Source of the DNA: a bacterium
GTDB lineage: Bacteria > UBP7 > UBA6624 > JBBIMK01
Length of the DNA: 5,472 nucleotides
Reading direction: 5' to 3'
Assembly: GCA_037444445.1 (NCBI GenBank)
Contig: JBBIMK010000050.1
Location: 1-5,472, forward strand
Under the pieces are notes generated by a model that was not told where the DNA came from, did no database searches, and saw only the letters and a list, made by a program, of their open reading frames with translations. Below, piece by piece: positions 1-5,472 of this stretch. A program made the position numbers and the translations under genes. How positions within the stretch are numbered: position 1 is the stretch's first letter; every line of letters starts with the position of its first letter.

Positions 1-77
1 CCTTACAGCACTTCCCCCCATTTTTGCTTCGCAAATACTTCTTTTATGCCGGGAATCTTCAGGCGAAATTCTTTGAT

Positions 78-84
78 GGAGGTG
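78..84 (+). promoter_or_regulatory. Shine-Dalgarno site (GGAGGTG) for the 91..951 ORF
   Basis: GGAGGTG at 78-84 is a near-perfect anti-SD complement. It sits 6 nt upstream of the ATG at 91. Confidence 0.7.
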
Positions 85-90
85 TAAGTT

Positions 91-951
91 ATGTTCGTGA
101 GCAGTTTTTTTCTTATCGGTATGGGACATAAAAATAAAAGCGATGATGAATTTCAAAGAAGGCTCGTCATTGCCTCCTCTCAGCAGAAATGTGTGGTCGG
201 TTTGGAAGGTTTAACCTATGGGGCCAGAAAAAATACCCGGGAGTTTGTAATTTCTGCTTATGGCGTTGAAAATGCTGAATCGGTTTTTGGTATAGAAGAC
301 GACTTCGTGAATAAATTTGCCGGTGCTTTATTACACTATGGATATTTGTCAACAAAAATGAAAAACGAGATTCCTGTAGTTAAGACACAGTTGATTTTTG
401 ACATCTTTAATAGCCCAACAGTTAAGAAAATATGGAGCCATATATCAAGTAAACCATTATCATCTGAAGTAACCGCTTTAGTTTCAGCAATTCATCAATT
501 CATCACTAACAACAGTTCTTCATCATTGAAACACTTGATTAATGAGTTTTATCATCATCAATTGCAACAATATCCTTTTACAGATGACAATGCTTATATT
601 GAACTATTAAAAGAGATTATAATAACTATGAAGACCATTGGAGGTTCAGAATATCAAATTACATCTTATTGGGTTGATATTGAGAAATATATTCAAGACC
701 CAGGGAATCACACTTATCAGGCATTTGTTGTAGACCAAATCAATGGGGAATGGAGAGACAGATTTATTGCTAAAAATATGAGGGAAATAATTGATAAAGG
801 GATTCAATTAGGTTTACCTGTTTACTTTCTTATCGGCAAAGGACATATACAGTCATTGAGTGCGAAATTACCATCAAATTATGAAGGATATGTGCAAAGA
901 GTGTATGCTAAACCCTCAATCATTCCAGATGAATTATTACCTAAAATATGA
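91..951 (+). CDS. Hypothetical protein in an AT-rich segment; candidate divergent TraB/PrgY/GumN-Tiki-ChaN-erythromycin-esterase superfamily enzyme
   Basis: A 286-codon ORF with an ATG start and a strong SD 6 nt upstream, ending at TGA 949-951. Motif order: FFLIG-M-G-H13; then the CVVGLE39G strand; then E220-W-R-D-R-F-I-A-K-N-M; then VYFLIGKGH252 followed by EGYVQRVY. This matches the GxxH ... hhhE ... E(x)RDxxhA ... hhhhGxGH ... GYxVxR pattern I recall for this superfamily. There is no signal peptide or TM segment. GC is about one-third against more than 50% in the neighbours. The confidence value applies to the CDS call; the family assignment is about 0.5. Confidence 0.8.
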   Translation: MFVSSFFLIGMGHKNKSDDEFQRRLVIASSQQKCVVGLEGLTYGARKNTREFVISAYGVENAESVFGIEDDFVNKFAGALLHYGYLSTKMKNEIPVVKTQLIFDIFNSPTVKKIWSHISSKPLSSEVTALVSAIHQFITNNSSSSLKHLINEFYHHQLQQYPFTDDNAYIELLKEIIITMKTIGGSEYQITSYWVDIEKYIQDPGNHTYQAFVVDQINGEWRDRFIAKNMREIIDKGIQLGLPVYFLIGKGHIQSLSAKLPSNYEGYVQRVYAKPSIIPDELLPKI

Positions 952-954
952 TGA

Positions 955-975
955 CATTGAAATGGCTTTTCAATG
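955..975. repeat. Perfect 8-bp inverted repeat, CATTGAAA-TGGCT-TTTCAATG (hairpin or palindromic site)
   Basis: Positions 955-962 are the exact reverse complement of 968-975, with a 5-nt spacer. The repeat starts 4 nt after the ORF 91..951 stop. The stem is AT-rich and no U-tract follows, so it is not a canonical terminator. Confidence 0.6.
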
Positions 976-1021
976 CTTCGGTCAGGCGTTCGCAGAAATG
1001 AGAGGATGCCCGATAAAACCA

Positions 1022-1045
1022 GAAAAGCGAAACCGTTTGCTTTTC
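1022..1045 (+). terminator. Candidate weak intrinsic terminator or hairpin downstream of the AT-rich ORF
   Basis: GAAAAGCGAA-ACCG-TTTGCTTTTC forms 9 Watson-Crick pairs plus one G.U, with a 4-nt loop. The 3' arm ends in TTTT and the 5' arm starts with AAAA, a bidirectional-looking layout. The stem is GC-poor and no long U-run follows it. Confidence 0.3.
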
Positions 1046-1083
1046 GGATTCTGCACAGGATGGAAGGTGACTGAATTCTGAGT

Positions 1084-2174
1084 GTGGTTTTGTTGTATTC
1101 GCCGGCGGCGATTCTGGTGAGGGAGAAATTGGAGGCCCTGCGCAAACAGTGGGGATATACCCCCCGGTCAGCCGTGCGTGTGGAGGCGGAAGCCCTTACC
1201 CCTGACCTGCTCCGCTCGCTGTTTCAGGGAGAATCCCTTTTTCTTCCCCGGGTTCGCCTGGAGGTAAAGAATGCAGCGGAAATCATTCGCCTGCCTCTGG
1301 ACAGCCTGGTTGAAATCAAGAGCCTGCTGAAATCTGCGCCGGAATCTGCCCTCGTCCTGTTCTATCAGGAGGGAGAGATGGAATCGCCAGCGCCGAAGGG
1401 AAGAAGTCTCGCCCCCGCGGGAAGCGGGAAGGTGGAAAGCCGAATCCCGGAGCCCGTTGAGGTAGAAAGCGAGGACGAGGGTGAGGAGGAAATACAGGAG
1501 GAAAAGGGGAAAAAGACAGAGAAGAAGCCCCGCTCATTTCTGGAGTATTTCCGCGGCATCCCGAATGTCCAGAAAATCATTCTGGAGCCGCCGAAATGGG
1601 AGGCATTAAAAATATGGACCGTTCAAAGAGCCAGTCGGAAAGGACTCCAGTTATCTCACACCCTGGTTACACCTTTTCTGGAGCGGGTGGGCGAGCAGCT
1701 GGACTCTATTGAGCAGTCGCTGTCTCTTCTCTCCCTTCTGAAAAGGGAAAGTTCACAGGTGACTCTAAAGGATGTGGAAATGCTTCCGGAATCTCCGGAA
1801 GCGAACATCTATAAGATGATGGATTTTTTGTGGCAGGGGGAGAGCGGGAAATCTTTGCACCAGTTAAAGAAATTGCAGTTGCAGGGCGTGGCACCGGAGC
1901 GGATTTTAGCCAGGGTGGCTTACGAAGCCAGAAGACTGGTTCAGGCAAAGCACCTGCTGGAGCAAAAACAGTCGCTGAACCCCCTCACCGACGGCTCTTC
2001 CTGGAAGGAAAAGAAACTCCGTGCCAATATGAGGCTTTTCCCGTATCATCGCTCAAGGGAGATTTTCCTGCTTTTATCCGGCGCAGATTTACGGTTGAAA
2101 ACCACCAACGAGCCAGCGTTCGCTCTACTGGAAGAACTCTTTTTACGCCTGTCTGCCATTCTGGGGGTGAAGGG

Positions 2175-2178
<4 letters not shown>
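1084..2178 (+). CDS. holA: DNA polymerase III delta subunit (clamp-loader, HolA family), carrying an acidic low-complexity insertion
   Basis: A 364-aa ORF. The N-terminus VLLYSPAAILVREKLEAL resembles the HolA 'yLlyGee.fL..e.l..l' start. NIYKMMDFLWQGESGKSLHQLKKLQLQGVAPERILARVAYEARRLVQAK matches the domain II/III pattern 'vF.L.dai..g....al..l..L...ge.p..il..l....r.L...k'. The C-terminal LSGADLRLKT...LLEELFLRL matches 'l.e.D..lK......le.l...l'. The first canonical start after the in-frame TGA at 1072-1074 is GTG at 1084. The nearest SD-like AGGTG (1065-1069) is 14 nt upstream, so the exact start is uncertain. Confidence 0.75.
1782..1802. repeat. Perfect 9-bp inverted repeat, GCTTCCGGA-ATC-TCCGGAAGC, inside holA
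   Basis: Positions 1782-1790 are the exact reverse complement of 1794-1802, with a 3-nt spacer. Each arm contains the TCCGGA palindrome. The element encodes ..MLPESPEA... Confidence 0.6.
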
Positions 2179-3470
<1,292 letters not shown>

Positions 3471-3493
3471 CTGCACCCGAAAATTTATTGCTG

Positions 3494-3502
3494 TGTTATA
3501 AT
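3494..3502 (+). promoter_or_regulatory. Candidate extended -10 promoter element (TGTTATAAT) for the ferritin gene
   Basis: A consensus TATAAT at 3497-3502 is preceded by TGn at 3494-3496. It lies 86 nt upstream of the ferritin ATG in the asnS-ferritin spacer. The hexamer at the -35 position (CACCCG, 3474-3479) is poor, which extended -10 promoters tolerate. Confidence 0.4.
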
Positions 3503-3587
3503 GGCAGTTGAAGGACGAGGAAAGGGCAAAAAGATTTTTTGAAAAGAGATGACCGGATTGCTTGATAAAAAGGGAGAGTGAGAAGCG

Positions 3588-4109
3588 ATGATGACTGAAA
3601 AAATGCAGAAGGCGATGAATCAGCAGTTGAATCGGGAATTGTATTCTGCCTACCTGTACCTGGCGATGTCCGCTTATTTTGAAAACCATAACCTCAGCGG
3701 ATTTGCTCACTGGATGCGGGTGCAGGCAAGAGAGGAAGAAGCACACGCCATGAAGTTCTACCGGCATCTGGTGGAGAGGGGCGGAAGGGTGGTTTTATCG
3801 GCTATTGAATCCCCACCGAAGGACTGGAAATCCCCCCTCGCCGTATTTCAGCAGGCTCTTGAGCACGAGCAGAAGGTGACGAAAATGATTCACGACCTGT
3901 TGAACCTGGCGAGGGCAGGAAAAGACCACGCCGCCGATGCCTTCCTTCAGTGGTTCGTGAAAGAGCAGGTGGAAGAAGAGTTCTCCACTAACGAAATCGT
4001 GCAGAAACTCAACTGGATTGGCGAGTCCGCCGGCGGCCTGCTCCTTTTAGACCACGAACTGTCTAAAAGAAAAGTGGAGAAAGGCGCAGACGAGGAAGAA
4101 AAAGAATAA
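3588..4109 (+). CDS. ftnA: Bacterial non-haem ferritin (FtnA-type)
   Basis: 173 aa. With the start at 3588, the ferroxidase-centre residues fall at the E. coli FtnA positions: E17, Y24, E50, H53, E94, Q127 and E130, plus the site-C acids E49, E126 and E129. The four-helix-bundle motifs are NRELYSAYLYLAMS, REEEAHAMKF, ALEHEQKVT and FLQWFVKEQVEEE. An AGGGAGAG SD-like run lies at 3571-3578. A second ATG at 3591 is an alternative start. Confidence 0.93.
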   Translation: MMTEKMQKAMNQQLNRELYSAYLYLAMSAYFENHNLSGFAHWMRVQAREEEAHAMKFYRHLVERGGRVVLSAIESPPKDWKSPLAVFQQALEHEQKVTKMIHDLLNLARAGKDHAADAFLQWFVKEQVEEEFSTNEIVQKLNWIGESAGGLLLLDHELSKRKVEKGADEEEKE

Positions 4110-4120
4110 ATCATTCCTCG
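4091..4120. repeat. 7-bp inverted repeat, CGAGGAA-N16-TTCCTCG, spanning the ferritin stop codon in the convergent junction
   Basis: Positions 4091-4097 are the exact reverse complement of 4114-4120, and the 16-nt loop contains the TAA at 4107-4109. No U-tract flanks it on either strand, so it is at best a weak bidirectional terminator. Confidence 0.3.
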
Positions 4121-4121
4121 C

Positions 4122-5261
4122 TTACCCATCATCACTCGCCCCTTTTCTATGCCATTTGTATGACTTCAGAAACTGCTGGATGGTCTCAGGGGGAAGCCCA
4201 TAACTGCGGTCTAAAAGAGCACGGCACTTCCGTAATTCTCGCAGGTTCTCCTCCGTGGGCGAAATCTCGCAGAAACGCTGTAAGGCATAAACATAAGATT
4301 CCAGATTGCGATAGGGCTCGTAAGTGGCTGTATTGAAGAAGGTCCGGGAGTTGGAACTGGCAAGGTCTTTCAGCCTTATCCGCTTTCCCCACGCATTCCC
4401 ACGGAAGTAAAGGATGGGAAACTCCAGCAAACTCCCCGACAGAATCCGTGCTCTCCGAATAAAATTCAGCCCCGAGAATCGCCGAAGAAAAGTGAACAGG
4501 TGGAAGAACCACACGCATAAAAAATCGGTGAAAGTAAGATGTTTCGCAGATGTTTTCAACAGATTTCTCCGAATGAAATACTGCTTGAATTCTAAACAAA
4601 CAGACCGAAGGGAAGCAGAATGATGATGATATACCACGGCGGAAGGGCAGGTGCGAATTTCATATCCTCTGCGGTGGGCTCGGACGCTGAAATCTATGTC
4701 CTCATAATACAGAAAGTAAGAAGCATCCAGCCCTCCTGAGGCAAGGAAAGGCTCTCTTTTCAGCAGAACCGCAGCAAAGCAGGCTCCAAACACCCGCTCG
4801 GGTGCGTCGTATTGCCCGATGTCAGGCTCTCCACACCCCCGATTGAATGCCTGGAAATGTGAGTCCACTCCCGTTCCCACCGCATCCAGAAAGCCAGGGT
4901 GCTCTTGCAGGAGAATCTTCGGACTCACGGCGATGCAGGCCTGCTGTTTTTGTATCTCTTCTAACATCCTCTCCACCGCATCCTCTTTCAAGATTACATC
5001 AAAGTTGAGGACAAGGAGGAAATCTTCTGTGGCTTTTTGAGCGCCCGCATTCACCGCAAAGGCGAATCCTCCATTCCGGGGCAATTTCAGGATTTCAGCA
5101 CCCATTTCCTCCGCCACTTTCAACCCCGATTCCTCATCCGAGTTACTATCCACCACAGTGACACTCACCGACACCGTTTGCTTCTTCAGAGATGAAAGGA
5201 GGAGGCGCATCTCCTGCTCCTCGCTGTTATAGTTGACGATAATCCCTCTTACCGAGTGCAT
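4122..5261 (-). CDS. Family 2 glycosyltransferase (GT-A fold, rhamnosyltransferase-like) with an extended C-terminal region
   Basis: GIIVNYNSEEQ...VTVVDSNSDEES matches the GT2 N-terminal 'vIIvnYN ... vDN.S.D' pattern. NGGFAFAVNAG and the YYEDIDFSVRAHRRGY DXD-type motif (EDID at 4692-4703) are also typical, followed by VVYHHHSAS and FIRRNLL. The stop is TAA at 4122-4124. I prefer the ATG at 5261 (MHSVRGIIVNYN) because AGGAA lies 5 nt upstream of it. The track ORF instead begins at GTG 5291, 10 codons longer, with no good SD. Confidence 0.85.
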   Translation of the reverse strand: MHSVRGIIVNYNSEEQEMRLLLSSLKKQTVSVSVTVVDSNSDEESGLKVAEEMGAEILKLPRNGGFAFAVNAGAQKATEDFLLVLNFDVILKEDAVERMLEEIQKQQACIAVSPKILLQEHPGFLDAVGTGVDSHFQAFNRGCGEPDIGQYDAPERVFGACFAAVLLKREPFLASGGLDASYFLYYEDIDFSVRAHRRGYEIRTCPSAVVYHHHSASLRSVCLEFKQYFIRRNLLKTSAKHLTFTDFLCVWFFHLFTFLRRFSGLNFIRRARILSGSLLEFPILYFRGNAWGKRIRLKDLASSNSRTFFNTATYEPYRNLESYVYALQRFCEISPTEENLRELRKCRALLDRSYGLPPETIQQFLKSYKWHRKGASDDG

Positions 5262-5402
5262 TTTTGTTCCTGCCTCTATACCCTCTGCCACCGGCCATCT
5301 ACTCTTCTACGTCTATCCATCTCCCCGTCGGAGAGGAGATCATCCCCCCACAGTTTCAACCTTTTCCACTCCCTTCTCATCCACCATTATTTTACCGCTT
5401 CT

Positions 5403-5422
5403 GGGGGTGGAGGGCTACCCCC
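5403..5422. repeat. GC-rich hairpin, GGGGGTGG-AGGG-CTACCCCC
   Basis: The + strand RNA would form 7 Watson-Crick pairs plus one G.U, with a 4-nt loop. The - strand RNA would form 6 contiguous pairs, then an A.C mismatch. No U-tract follows on either strand. The function is unknown. Confidence 0.5.
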
Positions 5423-5472
5423 GAATCGCTACTCGCTATGAGTTGTCCTTCACCGGAAAAGCAGGAAAAAGC

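Noticed and set aside
14-25. Homopolymer runs (C6 followed by T5 at 14-25; C6 at 5344-5349), considered as phase-variation tracts.
   Set aside because: The tracts are short for slipped-strand switching and are not positioned inside a confirmed coding start or at a promoter spacer.
22-68. Short shared words between the two flanks of the AT-rich ORF (TTTGCTT at about 23-29 and 1036-1042; TCAGGCG at about 59-65 and 981-987), considered as possible target-site duplications.
   Set aside because: Matches of 7 nt between two regions of about 100 nt each are expected by chance roughly once. They are not in a consistent register, and no integrase or transposase is present.
1037-1065. Possible holA promoter (TTGCTT -35, 17-nt spacer, ATGGAA -10).
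   Set aside because: The -10 candidate matches TATAAT at only 2-3 positions. It would leave almost no leader ahead of the SD-like AGGTG. The evidence is not sufficient.
860-1081. Track ORF of 73 aa on the + strand, overlapping the 3' end of the 91..951 ORF in another frame.
   Set aside because: Its first 92 nt lie inside the better-supported 286-aa ORF, and no SD precedes its ATG. Only the part after 962 is non-overlapping, and that part is discussed as a low-confidence 39-codon reading in a finding.
1830-2174. 115-codon N-terminal extension of the asnS reading frame (the track ORF starts at 1830).
   Set aside because: It lies entirely inside holA in a different frame, and the translated sequence (Gly/Arg/Ala-rich) has no AsnRS similarity. 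The AsnRS OB-fold begins right after the ATG at 2175, which has an SD and gives the canonical length of about 430 aa.
3484-3503. Possible Fur/PerR-type operator overlapping the ferritin -10 element (a TTAT...TTATAA dyad-like arrangement).
   Set aside because: Only the outer TTAT/ATAA bases are symmetric. By eye, the match to the 19-bp Fur box or the PerR 7-1-7 consensus is poor. A proper matrix scan is needed before making any claim.
4186-4599. 137-aa - strand ORF in an alternative frame within the GT2 gene, and the + strand ORFs 4414..4623, 4819..5040 and 5256..5441.
   Set aside because: All are nested in or opposite the GT2 gene or its leader. They lack motifs and SD sites.
5340-5387. 15-codon upstream ORF on the - strand (MVDEKGVEKVETVGG) in the GT2 leader.
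   Set aside because: It has no SD before its ATG, and its short length makes a chance occurrence likely in a purine-rich stretch.
5392-5472. A - strand reading frame that is open from the right edge (..AFSCFSGEGQLIASSDSGVALHPQKR-stop, TAA at the complement of 5392-5394), possibly the 3' end of a neighbouring gene.
   Set aside because: Only 26 codons are visible, with no recognisable motif. It is the only - frame open to the edge, so it is plausible, but it is not supportable as a feature.

Overview
This 5.5 kb window looks like bacterial chromosomal DNA of moderate GC, roughly 50-60% in the 60-nt lines I hand-counted. I can support five CDSs. On the + strand, a clamp-loader delta subunit (holA-like, 1084..2178) overlaps asparaginyl-tRNA synthetase (asnS, 2175..3470) by 4 nt (ATGA), followed by a bacterial non-haem ferritin (3588..4109). 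A family-2 glycosyltransferase lies on the - strand (4122..5261, or 5291 with the longer start) and converges on the ferritin gene with a 12-nt gap. The part that does not fit is the left end. ORF 91..951 is about one-third GC (sampled lines 27-38%, one 48% line near its 5' end) and uses different codons from its neighbours. It encodes a 286-aa protein with no obvious housekeeping identity. By motif order and spacing it resembles a minimal, leaderless member of the TraB/PrgY/GumN - Tiki - ChaN - erythromycin-esterase superfamily. It looks like the last gene of a foreign insert whose remainder lies off the left edge. I see no rRNA, tRNA, CRISPR array, transposase or integrase in the window. Other observations are several perfect short inverted repeats, a polypurine/acidic insertion in holA, and a purine-rich leader upstream of the glycosyltransferase. 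All functional calls rest on motifs I recognise by eye, because no searches could be run.
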